A DNA stretch of 64,000 bases from an archaeon (GCA_020057405.1 JAGVFW010000004.1:121660-185659), one strand, 5' to 3'; positions 47,138-56,894 are shown, numbered from the stretch's first letter. A program made the numbers and translations. The notes: generated from the letters alone by a model not told the origin.

Positions 47138-48079
47138 TCAGGCACCGTATGACCGCACCACGCGAACGACGTCGGCAGCCAGGCCGCGCTCGCCCGCTTG
47201 AATTGCCGAAGAAATTTTCTTGCCGTCAACCATCGCCTTTGCGATGCAGGCAAGCTCGCCCTTGCCCGTGAATAAGCCGATAGTCTGGCCCGGTTCGATT
47301 GAATCGTCGTAGGACACGATGCTCGCATAGCCGAGGTTGGCACCCGTGCAAAGCGGCTTTAGCGACTCGTCGTCAACGGTAATGCGCTTTAGCTTGACCA
47401 CGTCCTCAACCGGCACGATGCACTTGCGCAACGGCTTTTCGTCGCCACGCTCTGCCGCAAGCCACAGTCTATCGGAGAGTTCCTGCAGCGTGACGCACTG
47501 GCCTTCCTTGATGCCCGCGGCTACGGTGCGGCGAAGTTCCGCCATCGTCGCAGTCATGCCGAGCAATAGCCCGATGTCTTTTACTAGAGTGCGGATGTAA
47601 GTGCCGCCCTGCACGCGGCTGTCAAAAAGCACGAGATTGCCTTTGCGCTCAAGCAGCTTGAGGGAGTAAATTTCCCTGATGCGCAGGGCCTTTTTCACCG
47701 CGCTTTCTAGGGGCGGAGTTTGGTAGATTTTTCCGTAGAAGTGGGAAAGCGCTTCGTCAAGCTCTTTATCACTGGCCTCGCCCTCAAGCGCCATTACGCA
47801 AACGTATTCTTTCGGGCTGCCGAGCAAGAGTGGAGCGAGCTTGGTCGCGTTGCCAAGCATGACTGGCAGGACTCCGCTGACGTTGGGGTCAAGGGTGCCC
47901 GAATGGCCGGCCTTCGGGATGTCGAGCATTTTCTTGACAAAGCTTGAGACCTCGTGGCTGCTTGGCCCGCGGGGCTTGTCAAGAAAAACGAGGCCGGAGT
48001 CAAAGAGCTGCCGCAAGCTGCGCTTTTCAGGCTCAATGCCAATTTTGCTTTCGTGCTTCCGCACAGTAACAAGCGTCAC
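47138..48079 (-). CDS. cbf5: Pseudouridine synthase Cbf5/TruB
   Basis: DKPRGPSSHEV, GHSGTLDP, GTYIR motifs and PUA domain. Confidence 0.93.
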   Translation of the reverse strand: MTLVTVRKHESKIGIEPEKRSLRQLFDSGLVFLDKPRGPSSHEVSSFVKKMLDIPKAGHSGTLDPNVSGVLPVMLGNATKLAPLLLGSPKEYVCVMALEGEASDKELDEALSHFYGKIYQTPPLESAVKKALRIREIYSLKLLERKGNLVLFDSRVQGGTYIRTLVKDIGLLLGMTATMAELRRTVAAGIKEGQCVTLQELSDRLWLAAERGDEKPLRKCIVPVEDVVKLKRITVDDESLKPLCTGANLGYASIVSYDDSIEPGQTIGLFTGKGELACIAKAMVDGKKISSAIQAGERGLAADVVRVVRSYGA

Positions 48080-48165
48080 GTAAGAATAAGTGTTTTAAAG
48101 AGTTAAATAGGAAAGGCTTTTCAATAATCAAGACGGTAGACACCGTGCTCAAGGATTAGACGAGG

Positions 48166-48564
48166 GTGATGTTGATGGCATGGATTGTAGCGAAACACAC
48201 GATGATAACCGAGGAGAATCCCGGCGTATTTCACCTCGAACCAAAAGGCAAGTTACTGGGCAAGAAACCCGTGATAAGGCTCGACTCCAGAGTGCATAAG
48301 ACCGGCGAAGAGCCCTACTACAGCGTTGCGGTGGGCTTCACTAAAAGCGGGAGATTCCAAACAATACTTCTCGCGACAAGCGAAAAGGATGGACAGAGCC
48401 TTACGATATCAAGCCACAAGCCCGGATTAAGCGCCGCTGAACACCAGGAAGCGCTAAAAGTAGTCGGGGATTCCATAAGTCGGGAAGCCAAATACGCGCC
48501 CTTCATGAAAATCATGCAGGAGCTTTCAAAGAAAGTTGAAAAGTCGACGCCCAAAAAAGACTGA
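48166..48564 (+). CDS. Hypothetical protein, opposite strand within the r-protein operon
   Basis: GAGGGTGA SD; 132-aa ORF. Confidence 0.6.
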   Translation: MMLMAWIVAKHTMITEENPGVFHLEPKGKLLGKKPVIRLDSRVHKTGEEPYYSVAVGFTKSGRFQTILLATSEKDGQSLTISSHKPGLSAAEHQEALKVVGDSISREAKYAPFMKIMQELSKKVEKSTPKKD

Positions 48565-48610
48565 GCGCTTGAAAATAAGAACTGGAAAAAAAGCCTTAGT
48601 CCGGTCTAGC

Positions 48611-48772
48611 TTAGACCGGCTCTAGGTGCTTGATGTTGCAACGCTGGACCTTGCCTTTCGCGTTCTTTATCTCGACGAAAGCGTCGTCGATGACTTTCGT
48701 CACCGTGATTTCGGTGCCGGCGTCGTTTCCTGCGATTTTAACGCACTTGCGACCAACTTGGATTGCTGCCAT
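48611..48772 (-). CDS. rpl14e: Ribosomal protein eL14 (short form, 53 aa; absent from ORF track)
   Basis: MAAIQVGRKCVKIAGNDAG...IDDAFV...CNIKHLEP; GGAG SD. Confidence 0.85.
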   Translation of the reverse strand: MAAIQVGRKCVKIAGNDAGTEITVTKVIDDAFVEIKNAKGKVQRCNIKHLEPV

Positions 48773-49403
48773 GTAACTCCCTCCATAACTTATTATTCTT
48801 TAATTTTTTCGTGATGAGCGCCTTTACGTGCTTTGCGATTCGGCTCGGCTTGAGGAGATTGTTTTCCTTAGCAAGCTTCGCGGCTGCGACGATTAGGGCG
48901 GAAACCTGCGCAGCAGTCAGGTATTCGGTGTTGACGATTAAGTCAAAGCCGTCCCGGTCGTTTAAGTCAATGCCATAGTGCTTCTTGTACCGAACGGCGT
49001 TCTCATGGTCGCGCCGGGTCGTGTAGCCAAGCACTTCCCTAAACGGCTTGTCCTCGCGCAGTGCAATGCGCCGTGCGCGCGCTTCGGGGGCGGCGTGCAG
49101 CCACACGCGCAAGTCCGCGTTGTCGATTACCCAGCCGGCCAAACGCGTGCCAATGACGCAGCCGGGTTCTTGTTCTGCAAACGAAATCTGGCGGTACTCT
49201 AGGATGTAATCGTAAACGGGGTCCTTCTTCGACATTTTCTGGAGAGTCTCGAAAGGCAGGCCCAGGTCCTTTGCCAAGTCGCGGAAAGTGTAGTTTATGA
49301 CTTTGAGGCCGAGTGCCTTGGCAACGTTGCGCGTGGCGGTCGTGTTGCCGCAACCGCTCAAACCAGAGATGGTGATGCGCATTGCCTTTTCACTTGAGCG
49401 CAT
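48738..49403 (-). CDS. cmk: Cytidylate kinase
   Basis: ITISGLSGCGNTT, RLAGW and RYKKHYGID motifs; synteny. Confidence 0.85.
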   Translation of the reverse strand: MRSSEKAMRITISGLSGCGNTTATRNVAKALGLKVINYTFRDLAKDLGLPFETLQKMSKKDPVYDYILEYRQISFAEQEPGCVIGTRLAGWVIDNADLRVWLHAAPEARARRIALREDKPFREVLGYTTRRDHENAVRYKKHYGIDLNDRDGFDLIVNTEYLTAAQVSALIVAAAKLAKENNLLKPSRIAKHVKALITKKLKNNKLWRELHGSNPSWSQVR

Positions 49404-49644
49404 TTACGTAGGCCGCGCGACGCAAGTCAAGGTCCTCTTTTGCGATTGCGCCCGACTTTAGCCGCGTGTGCTCCTTTAACACTAGCCGCGTGCAGCTGCC
49501 GCAAAGGACACCGCCGAAAACGCGTTCGGGACGCTTTTCCGTCTTGGCAAGCTTTCGCATGCCGGCGGTTCCGCGCTTTGGAACTGCGTTGAGCTTAGCG
49601 TGGCAAAGGGCGCACTTGGCGTGAGAGGGCTTTTTGGACTTCAT
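49390..49644 (-). CDS. rpl34e: Ribosomal protein eL34
   Basis: CALC...KRPERVFGGVLC. Confidence 0.9.
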   Translation of the reverse strand: MKSKKPSHAKCALCHAKLNAVPKRGTAGMRKLAKTEKRPERVFGGVLCGSCTRLVLKEHTRLKSGAIAKEDLDLRRAAYVNALK

Positions 49645-49688
49645 TTCTAAACCACTTCCTATATGTTTATTGAGAGGGCAAAAGGCAT

Positions 49689-50219
49689 TTATTGCGTTTG
49701 ATTGGGCGCGGGAACGGCTGCAGCCTGCTTTTCAAATCGGCTGACTACCGCCTCTAGTATGAAGCCCGAGATTATGGCCCAAACTATGAAGTAGCCGCGG
49801 GCGCCGTAAACGCTTGGGTTAAGGACGTTTAGTGAAAGAATTTCTGGCAAGTGGATGCCGAAAGGCAGTACGATGATGAAGTCGGGGAATGCACTCGGGA
49901 TGAGGCCGGGGAAGTTGATGCCGAGAAAGCCGCTAGTGCCGATGAGCAAAAAGAACGCGGGCAGGATGAAAACCATGGACTTCCATGGAAGCCACATCAT
50001 CTCCATCATCTTGCCGGTTACTTCCTTCTCGCGCAGTTTGAGGCGCTCCATCTTCTTCTCGTCATTGGCCTTGGCTGCTTCGGCAAGTTCCTTCTGGTAA
50101 GCGCTGGTTTCGGCCTGGATTTTCTTCATCTTCTGGCGAGTGCCGGTAAAGCGATTGAACCAGATGGTTGCGCCTACGTAGAGGAAGGAAGCGATGGGAA
50201 TGACGTACTCCGCAACCAT
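49689..50219 (-). CDS. EMC3/TMCO1 (DUF106, Oxa1 superfamily) membrane protein
   Basis: TM-coiled coil-TM layout directly after secY. Confidence 0.8.
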   Translation of the reverse strand: MVAEYVIPIASFLYVGATIWFNRFTGTRQKMKKIQAETSAYQKELAEAAKANDEKKMERLKLREKEVTGKMMEMMWLPWKSMVFILPAFFLLIGTSGFLGINFPGLIPSAFPDFIIVLPFGIHLPEILSLNVLNPSVYGARGYFIVWAIISGFILEAVVSRFEKQAAAVPAPNQTQ

Positions 50220-50224
50220 TTTTA

Positions 50225-51634
50225 TCAGCCCATCATCTGCCTTAGGGCAGGGTATGTTTCAAAAAGCTGCTGTGAAGCGAGTTCCTCGTAAAAGCGGTAG
50301 AGAATACCTACGGTAAGCAGTATGCCCGTGCCCGTTCCTAAGGCACCGGTAATGTCCGCAAACCACGCAAGCACCCCGACGAAAATGCTGCCGAGGACGG
50401 TAATTACGGGAATGTAGCGGTTAAGCACGCCCTCGATGATGCGCGGGTCGGCGCGGAAGCCCGGGATTTGCAGGCCCGTGCGCTCGAGCTGGCGCGCGAC
50501 TGAAGAGGCGCTCATGCCGGTGCTCTCAATCCAGAACCAGCCGAAAATAACGCAAAGCGTGACTAGAACGAGGCCATAGACGAGCATATGGAGGAGCTCA
50601 TAGGGCTGGACGATGAAGTCTAGGTACGCGCGGTAGTTGCCGTCAAAGAGAAGGAGGGGCGACGGAAGCGCGCTTGAGAGGTAAGCAAACCCGCTGACGG
50701 GCTGGTTATTCGCATACTCTCCGAAGAAGCGGAAGCCCGCGTTGAAGATGACCAGGCCGATAAGCTGGATGTTGAGGATGACTGCGCTTGCCAAGATGAC
50801 GGGAATGTTGCTCACGTAGAGGAACTTGATTGGGTAGCGCGCACCCAGTCCACGGGCCTTGCCGTAGGCGAGCGGCAACTCGATTTTCATGCCCTCGACG
50901 TAGACGACGCCAAGAAAAACGAGTACAGTAAAGATTACGGGCGGGAGGTACCAGATGGCATTGACAATGTCACCGCTCGCGGCCACCTGGATTGCCTTTG
51001 GAATCAGGCCATAGAAAACGCCGGTTGCGCTTGTGCCAAAGCTAAAGGCTCCCAGGAAAACCGCTTGCGATACTCCGGCGGCGATGAAGAGGCTGATGCC
51101 GCTGCCGATACCGTACTTTTGCACGACCTCGTCTAAGTACAAGAGAATGATTGAACCGATTGCGAGCTGCAGGATGACGAACAACTGCGCGCCAATGACG
51201 CTTCCAAAGAGCGGGTTCGCTACGTTGATGCTGACATAACCGCTAATGACGTAAATGCCGGCTTCGACAAAGCTAAGTGCGATGCCGAGGAGCTTTTGTA
51301 AGCCCTGGAAAGTCTTCTTGTTCTCGGGCAAGCTCAGGTCCATATTGATTAGGCCGGCGCCAACCGAAAGCTGCAGGAAGATGCTGGCGAGAACGAGGGG
51401 GCCGATGCCTGCGGTGAGAAGCGTGCCGACCTTGCTACCGAGAAGAATTTCAAGCCGCTCGAAGGAAACGAGGCGCGTCGGGTCTACGCCGAGGGGGTAA
51501 ATCTGGCCGAGAACGAAGAAAATGAGGAGCGCGACGCCAGTCCACATCAACTTTTCCTTAAGCGCTGGTGCGCGCTCGGGGCGTCGGACTTCAGGCAAAA
51601 CAGAAACAATCGGCTTGAGCCATTCGAGTGCCAT
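50225..51634 (-). CDS. secY: Preprotein translocase SecY
   Basis: GIGP, YGIGSGISLFIAAG, YVSNIPVI and IPGFR motifs. Confidence 0.97.
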   Translation of the reverse strand: MALEWLKPIVSVLPEVRRPERAPALKEKLMWTGVALLIFFVLGQIYPLGVDPTRLVSFERLEILLGSKVGTLLTAGIGPLVLASIFLQLSVGAGLINMDLSLPENKKTFQGLQKLLGIALSFVEAGIYVISGYVSINVANPLFGSVIGAQLFVILQLAIGSIILLYLDEVVQKYGIGSGISLFIAAGVSQAVFLGAFSFGTSATGVFYGLIPKAIQVAASGDIVNAIWYLPPVIFTVLVFLGVVYVEGMKIELPLAYGKARGLGARYPIKFLYVSNIPVILASAVILNIQLIGLVIFNAGFRFFGEYANNQPVSGFAYLSSALPSPLLLFDGNYRAYLDFIVQPYELLHMLVYGLVLVTLCVIFGWFWIESTGMSASSVARQLERTGLQIPGFRADPRIIEGVLNRYIPVITVLGSIFVGVLAWFADITGALGTGTGILLTVGILYRFYEELASQQLFETYPALRQMMG

Positions 51635-51688
51635 TTTCCAACCACTTACACTCTAACGCAGGTTATGCTTAAAAGGCGGTTGCGCCCC

Positions 51689-52177
51689 TCAGGCCTTTTT
51701 CGCGGACTTTGCGTCGGCTTTGGCCTTGGCCTTCGCCGCGGACTTTATTCTCTTGGGCGACTTGACCTCGAAGAGCACGGCCTTGCCACCAGTCGCCTCG
51801 ATTTTCTTGACCGCGCCTTCCGAAAATCCGCTCGCGAGGATTACTGCGGCGGCCGAAAGAGCGCCGGTGGCGACCACTTTGGTGTCTTTTAGCACGAGCT
51901 TGAAGGCATTGCCTTCCTTCTCGCACTTGCCTGACGCGATGATTGCGGAAATCTGCTCAAGAGTAATTGTGGAGAACTGGCCCGCTACGCTACGGAAGCC
52001 GTACTTGCGCTTCTTGTGCTCGCCGCGCTTGATAGTGCGAAGCCACTTGTGCTTGTGGAAACCGGCATTGCCCTTGCCGCCCTTGTTGCCCTTGCCACGG
52101 CGGTTCTTCGTGTTGCCGCCGCCGTAAGTGCGGTTGCCCATGTGCTTGCGTTTTTTGGATTTTATTCTTCGTGCCAT
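51689..52177 (-). CDS. rpl15: Ribosomal protein uL15
   Basis: GNRTYGGG..K.RRGKGNKGGKGNAG. Confidence 0.94.
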   Translation of the reverse strand: MARRIKSKKRKHMGNRTYGGGNTKNRRGKGNKGGKGNAGFHKHKWLRTIKRGEHKKRKYGFRSVAGQFSTITLEQISAIIASGKCEKEGNAFKLVLKDTKVVATGALSAAAVILASGFSEGAVKKIEATGGKAVLFEVKSPKRIKSAAKAKAKADAKSAKKA

Positions 52178-52182
52178 GTTTC

Positions 52183-52536
52183 TCACATTGGAAGCATTCT
52201 TTCAATAACGTTGTTGATGCGCTTGCCGATGTTGCCAAGCGCCCCCTTTGGACCGCCCTTCTTGACTGAACGGAAGCCCTTGCGCGGGGGGTGCATGCGG
52301 TAGACCGCTTTTTCGCCCATCTTCGCGTTTAGCTTGGCAACCACTTCGGGGTCGACCTCGCCCCAGGCAACGTAGTCCTTGCAAAGGTTAAGCATGGGCC
52401 GAAGCGCTGGGTTTTCGGGCAAGAGCACCATGTGGTGCCTGCGGGTCAAGTGCAAGGCCTCCATCGTGCGCTTAGCGCGCCACCTAGCGCCCTGAACGCC
52501 GCGAATGCGGATGATTGCAACCAAAGCTACTGCCAT
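52183..52536 (-). CDS. rpl30: Ribosomal protein uL30
   Basis: IIRIRG, KDYVAWGE and RMHPPRKGF motifs. Confidence 0.93.
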   Translation of the reverse strand: MAVALVAIIRIRGVQGARWRAKRTMEALHLTRRHHMVLLPENPALRPMLNLCKDYVAWGEVDPEVVAKLNAKMGEKAVYRMHPPRKGFRSVKKGGPKGALGNIGKRINNVIERMLPM

Positions 52537-52548
52537 TTTTTACACCGT

Positions 52549-53256
52549 TTAAGCTGATTCCGCTGTTGAAGCCTCTCCCACTTCCGCTGCTACGTCGTCT
52601 GCAACGCCCTGCTTTAGGACGTTTAGCGAGTCAAGCGCGTCTAGGGTGGCGAGAACCATGTTGAGAATGTTGCGCGTGCGGCCTTTTGTGAAGGTCCACA
52701 CGTCCTTGACGCCAGCCAACTTTAGCACTTTTTTTGCGTTCTCGTTGGCGACAATGCCGACACCGCGGGGCGCGGGCTTGAGGAAAATTTCAGTTGAAGA
52801 GTTCTGCCCCTTGACCTCGCGGATGATGGTATGAGGCGTGCCGCACCGGCATTCCCACGAGCTGCAGCCAAGCTGGACTTTGACAAGGCGCTTTTTAGCG
52901 TCAGTAATCGCTTCGTTGATTGCGTCCCTGCTCTCGGCAGCTTTGCCGACGCCAACCCCGACAAAGCCGGTGCCGTCGCCTATGATGACAACCGAGCGCA
53001 TCTGCTGCTTTCTGCCGTAGGCGGTCATGCGCTGCGTGCTTGAGACCTGCACGACTTCCTTTCGCAGTTCGGGAATCAAGTAGTCTACCATCTCGGGCTC
53101 AAGAATCTTGGCGCCCATGGCTAGAACCTCGTCCATCGAGGTGATTTGTCCAGCGCGGACTTTCTTGCCAAGCGTCGTTCGCGGTATCCAGTCAGCCGAG
53201 CGCTGCAAGCTGTCGTCGCGTTCCCGTCGTTCCCTGCGCTGTTTCATCATGTTCAT
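52549..53256 (-). CDS. rps5: Ribosomal protein uS5
   Basis: WIPRTTLGKKV and PAPRGVG motifs. Confidence 0.95.
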   Translation of the reverse strand: MNMMKQRRERRERDDSLQRSADWIPRTTLGKKVRAGQITSMDEVLAMGAKILEPEMVDYLIPELRKEVVQVSSTQRMTAYGRKQQMRSVVIIGDGTGFVGVGVGKAAESRDAINEAITDAKKRLVKVQLGCSSWECRCGTPHTIIREVKGQNSSTEIFLKPAPRGVGIVANENAKKVLKLAGVKDVWTFTKGRTRNILNMVLATLDALDSLNVLKQGVADDVAAEVGEASTAESA

Positions 53257-53756
53257 CCACCAACAATTTTCTTTTTAGCTTCGGCAAACTTCTTTGCTGA
53301 CTCGCCCTTCAGGTGCTTGCCTTCAAGCCGGTCGGCCGAAGGCATTTTTTCCTGCGAAAACGGAATTTTTAGCCCGGCGTCAAAGGCGCCCTGGAGGACT
53401 GCGTAAAGCAGGCTGCCCTTTGAGGCCGCGTGCCTGCCAAAATCGGCGATTGCTTCCTTGACCCCTTTGGCCGCGCCCTTCTTTGCAAGGAGGGCACCGG
53501 TAAGGTAGGCGGAAGGCGTGTTGCACTTGCCGTCAAAACCGAATTCCTTCAAGTCCTTCGAGGAAACGCCGACTACAGTCTTGTCGCCCGTCGGGGCGTA
53601 GTTGACAAGCTGTGCGACTATGTACTTGTTCGTCTTTCGCACAACTAGCCGCGTCTTTGCCGAACGCAGTAGGGCCAACCGCTTGGTGTAGTCGGTGATG
53701 CCCTCGCGCCTGCGGCGGAGTGCTACGCGGTAAAGTGGACCGTGTGCTTTGCTCAT
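53253..53756 (-). CDS. rpl18: Ribosomal protein uL18
   Basis: RRRREGITDY, RLVVRKTN and SAYLTG motifs. Confidence 0.95.
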   Translation of the reverse strand: MSKAHGPLYRVALRRRREGITDYTKRLALLRSAKTRLVVRKTNKYIVAQLVNYAPTGDKTVVGVSSKDLKEFGFDGKCNTPSAYLTGALLAKKGAAKGVKEAIADFGRHAASKGSLLYAVLQGAFDAGLKIPFSQEKMPSADRLEGKHLKGESAKKFAEAKKKIVGG

Positions 53757-54199
53757 TTCTTGGCACCCTCAGCTGCATTGCCGGCCTTTGCGTATTCGAC
53801 CAGCTGCTTCTTGTCGCGAACGGAACCGCCCTTCACCATTCGGTAAAGGCGCTTGTAATCACCCAGCGCAAGTGATGACTTAAGCGACTTTAGGAGACGA
53901 CGGAGCGCGCGAACGCGGCGCATCCAGCGCTTCTTGTCGGTTAAGACTGCGCTCGGCGTGCCGTGCCTGCTGCCCTCGCCACGGCCACGGCCTGCCTTTC
54001 GGCGAATGTCACGGATTCGTGCCTTGCCGCGGCCTGTGCCGGTCTCGGGAATAACTACAACAGCGCCGGACTTTAGAAGAGCGCGGATGTCATCTGCAGT
54101 GAGTGCGGACTCGGCTGCCTTGACATCCATGATGCGCACGCGGCTAACGCCGGTCTTTTCCAGGCGGGAGACGACGCGCTTGACTGTTTTCAAAGACAT
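53753..54199 (-). CDS. rpl19e: Ribosomal protein eL19
   Basis: GRGRGEGSRHG, WMRRVRALR and LYRMVKGG motifs. Confidence 0.93.
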   Translation of the reverse strand: MSLKTVKRVVSRLEKTGVSRVRIMDVKAAESALTADDIRALLKSGAVVVIPETGTGRGKARIRDIRRKAGRGRGEGSRHGTPSAVLTDKKRWMRRVRALRRLLKSLKSSLALGDYKRLYRMVKGGSVRDKKQLVEYAKAGNAAEGAKK

Positions 54200-54212
54200 T
54201 TTTCATAACACC

Positions 54213-54590
54213 TTAATTGAGAATTTTCAAGCCCTTCTTCTTCGCAACTTCTGACAAAATCTTGCGGCGCCTGCCGCCGAGTGTGCCGGAGAAGCGCACT
54301 GCAACGCCCTTCTGCACTGCCTCAAGTTCTTTTATGGTGGCGACGAGCACTTCGCGGACGCCGCTGGGGTGCAATCCGCGCTCGGCCTTCGGCGTGCCGT
54401 AGCCGATGCGGGGAATAGCGCTGAAACCCTTGCGCATCATACGAAGCTTGTTGTCAATGCCGCGGGGCTTGCGCCAAGCGTCGCCGACACGCGCCTTAAA
54501 GCGGTTCTGTCGGGTGAAGTGCGGAATCTTCTTTCCAGCGGGCTTGGCTGCTGCCTTTGGGGCAGCGGGAGCCGCTTTCTTTTCAACCAT
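54213..54590 (-). CDS. rpl32e: Ribosomal protein eL32
   Basis: WRKPRGIDNK and GLHPSG motifs. Confidence 0.94.
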   Translation of the reverse strand: MVEKKAAPAAPKAAAKPAGKKIPHFTRQNRFKARVGDAWRKPRGIDNKLRMMRKGFSAIPRIGYGTPKAERGLHPSGVREVLVATIKELEAVQKGVAVRFSGTLGGRRRKILSEVAKKKGLKILN

Positions 54591-55096
54591 TAAGCAACAA
54601 CCTCGTAAATGCCATCCTGGAAAATGCGGCGGTCGCGCTTGGTGATGACCGTAGCGCGAATTATGTTCGCCGCAGTCTGGCCGACAGCGTCGCGGTCAGC
54701 GCCGCTTACGGTGATGTCCTGCTTTTGAACCACGACTTTGACACCCGCGATGACGCGCGCCTTTCGGACGCTCTTTTCGCCAAGGAAGTTCTTCACGTGA
54801 ACCTCTTCGCCCTTGACTTCGACTGTGACTGGAAAGTGCGCGTAGACGACGGACAACTTCTTCTCAAAGCCCTTCGTCACGCCGTTAAACATGTTGTTGA
54901 TGTGGGCCTTTACCGAGTTTACGGCAGCGTGAACGCTTTTCTTCTCGCGCACGGCTGCGGTGACCTCGACCTCGCCGTTTGTGAGAGCGACGATGACGGT
55001 CTTTGAGTCAAAGCGCTTCTCGACAATGCCCTTTGGTCCGGACGCCTTCATCGCGCCTGGGGACACGTCAAACGAAACGCCTTCGGGAACTTTCAT
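54590..55096 (-). CDS. rpl6: Ribosomal protein uL6
   Basis: GPKG, YAHFP, NFLGEK and DRRIFQDGIY motifs. Confidence 0.95.
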   Translation of the reverse strand: MKVPEGVSFDVSPGAMKASGPKGIVEKRFDSKTVIVALTNGEVEVTAAVREKKSVHAAVNSVKAHINNMFNGVTKGFEKKLSVVYAHFPVTVEVKGEEVHVKNFLGEKSVRKARVIAGVKVVVQKQDITVSGADRDAVGQTAANIIRATVITKRDRRIFQDGIYEVVA

Positions 55097-55105
55097 TTTT
55101 TACAC

Positions 55106-55489
55106 CTAGTAAACGAATGACATCATCCTGCCCCCTAAGCCCTTTTCCTTGGCTTCGGAGTGCGTCATGATGCCGGCTGAAGTGGATACGACGAGGAGGC
55201 CGATGTCGCGGGCTGGCAGGTAGCGCTGCTCGAACTTCTCCCAGTCGGTCTTCTTGACTGAAAAGCGGGGCTTGACGACGCCGCAGTCGTTTATCTTGCC
55301 GACGAGCTTGACAGTGAACTCTCCGCTTTTCCCGTCGTCAATGAACTCGAAGTCGCCGACGTAGCCTTGGCGTTGCAGGAGGAGAAGAACCTGCTTTAGC
55401 ACTTTGGAGGCGGGCCTGACGGTGACGGTGTCGCGGCCGCGGAGCTCGGCCATCTTGATTGAATTTAATGCGCTAGCAAGTGTGTCCAT
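55106..55489 (-). CDS. rps8: Ribosomal protein uS8
   Basis: MDTLASAL, GKINDCGVVKPRF and STSAGIMTH motifs. Confidence 0.95.
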   Translation of the reverse strand: MDTLASALNSIKMAELRGRDTVTVRPASKVLKQVLLLLQRQGYVGDFEFIDDGKSGEFTVKLVGKINDCGVVKPRFSVKKTDWEKFEQRYLPARDIGLLVVSTSAGIMTHSEAKEKGLGGRMMSFVY

Positions 55490-55497
55490 TTTTTTCC

Positions 55498-55653
55498 CTA
55501 GTTGTACTTCTTGAATCCGAGCTCTACCGCGCGTTCGCGGAAGCACTTGCGGCAAATGTAGAGGCTATACTTGCGTATGAGGCCGCGCACGTTTCCACAG
55601 AACTTGCACTTGCGGTTCCCGCGGTGCTTGAACTTGGTTTCAATCTTCTGCAT
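55498..55653 (-). CDS. rps14: Ribosomal protein uS14 (absent from ORF track)
   Basis: CKFCG...[15 protein letters not shown]...LGFKKY. Confidence 0.93.
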   Translation of the reverse strand: MQKIETKFKHRGNRKCKFCGNVRGLIRKYSLYICRKCFRERAVELGFKKYN

Positions 55654-55659
55654 TAAAGC

Positions 55660-56172
55660 TCACTCCTGGACTTCTTCTTGGAACTTGACGCCGAACTCTT
55701 TTTCGAGATATGCGCGCGTCTCCGCTTTCTTTGGCCGCTGCTTTGCGGGCAGTGTCTTCTGCCTTATGCGGCGGCGCGCGATGCGCGTACCGGGCTTCTC
55801 GATTGTTACGCAAACGTCAAACCCCAGCATGCCGATTTTCGGGTCGTACTTCACGCCGGGAAAGTCTATGTACTCGGCGACGCCGAACGCCAGGTTGCCG
55901 TGCCTGTCGATTGAACGCAGCGGAATCAAGCTATCGCGGCTTTCAAGCGCCTTTTTCACGATTTCCTCACCGGGCTTGCCTCGGATGGTGACTTTCACGC
56001 CAAGGGGGTCGCCCTTCCTAATCTTGAATGATGGAATGCGCGTTTGCGCCTTCATGATGATTGCCTTTCGGCCAGAGACGCGCTCGATGAGCGTCTTTGC
56101 ATTCGCAAGCTTCTCGCCGCCTTCCCCAACGCCGATGTTGAGGGTGACTTTCGCAATGTGGATGCCTTTCAT
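55660..56172 (-). CDS. rpl5: Ribosomal protein uL5
   Basis: KVTLNIGVGEGG, FKIRKG and YDPKIG motifs. Confidence 0.95.
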   Translation of the reverse strand: MKGIHIAKVTLNIGVGEGGEKLANAKTLIERVSGRKAIIMKAQTRIPSFKIRKGDPLGVKVTIRGKPGEEIVKKALESRDSLIPLRSIDRHGNLAFGVAEYIDFPGVKYDPKIGMLGFDVCVTIEKPGTRIARRRIRQKTLPAKQRPKKAETRAYLEKEFGVKFQEEVQE

Positions 56173-56177
56173 TTAAA

Positions 56178-56891
56178 TCACAACTTGAACGAATCGTCGA
56201 TTACGAAGAGGTATGACTTGCGCGTGATAATCTCTTCTGACCCGCCGGCTTTTAGCTTGACTTCAGTTGATGCGCTGCCGGGGCGTTCGAGGAGCTCCTG
56301 GAGAACTGCGATTTGGCCCGCGTGGCGTCCCGCGTGGACGTAACAGCGCGCGCCCTTCTCGAGTTTTAGAAAGCCCGCCATCTTCTGGGCCGGCATTTCG
56401 AACTTGACTGTGTCGCCCAGGGAGAACTGGTCCTCCTCGCGCTCAATCACGTGAGTGCGGCCGTCATGGAAAGCGAGCTGAACTTTGCCGCCCTTGATAA
56501 TCTTCTTGCCAACGACTTTACAGAGCTTGACTTTCGCTTCGGCCTCCGAGATTACAACCGGCTCGAGCTTGCCTTTGATGATTGAAATGCGGTAGTATGC
56601 TTTCATCTTGGGGATTGAGACTATATCCATCAGGCCGATGGGGAATCCCTCGTGCTTTCGGGCAATCCCGTCAACCATGACTCCACCGGCTGAGAGAACC
56701 TTCTTTGCCTCGCGCCTCTGGCGGACAATCTTGAGGTAATCGCGAAGGAGCAGGAGGATTGACATTGACCCTGCAGCAGCGTGCCTGCCTGCGTCGGGCT
56801 TGTTTAAGTAACGGTGGGCTTTTCGGCCAATCTTAAGGGCTACGCTGGCTGCCATTCTCTTCAAGTGTCGACTGCCGCCGTGCGATGCCAT
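56178..56891 (-). CDS. rps4e: Ribosomal protein eS4
   Basis: HLKR, LRDYL, PIGLMD and HDGR motifs. Confidence 0.94.
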   Translation of the reverse strand: MASHGGSRHLKRMAASVALKIGRKAHRYLNKPDAGRHAAAGSMSILLLLRDYLKIVRQRREAKKVLSAGGVMVDGIARKHEGFPIGLMDIVSIPKMKAYYRISIIKGKLEPVVISEAEAKVKLCKVVGKKIIKGGKVQLAFHDGRTHVIEREEDQFSLGDTVKFEMPAQKMAGFLKLEKGARCYVHAGRHAGQIAVLQELLERPGSASTEVKLKAGGSEEIITRKSYLFVIDDSFKL

Positions 56892-56894
56892 TTT

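Noticed and set aside
46888-47201. ORFs or a possible SRP RNA upstream of rps13
   Set aside because: The region resolves into an intron-containing tRNA-Ser(GGA).
47138-48079. BHB mRNA intron in cbf5, as known in some Crenarchaeota
   Set aside because: The reading frame through GPSSHEV and GTLDP is uninterrupted.
50219-50225. Absence of adk between secY and DUF106
   Set aside because: It may be elsewhere in the genome; loss cannot be inferred from one window.
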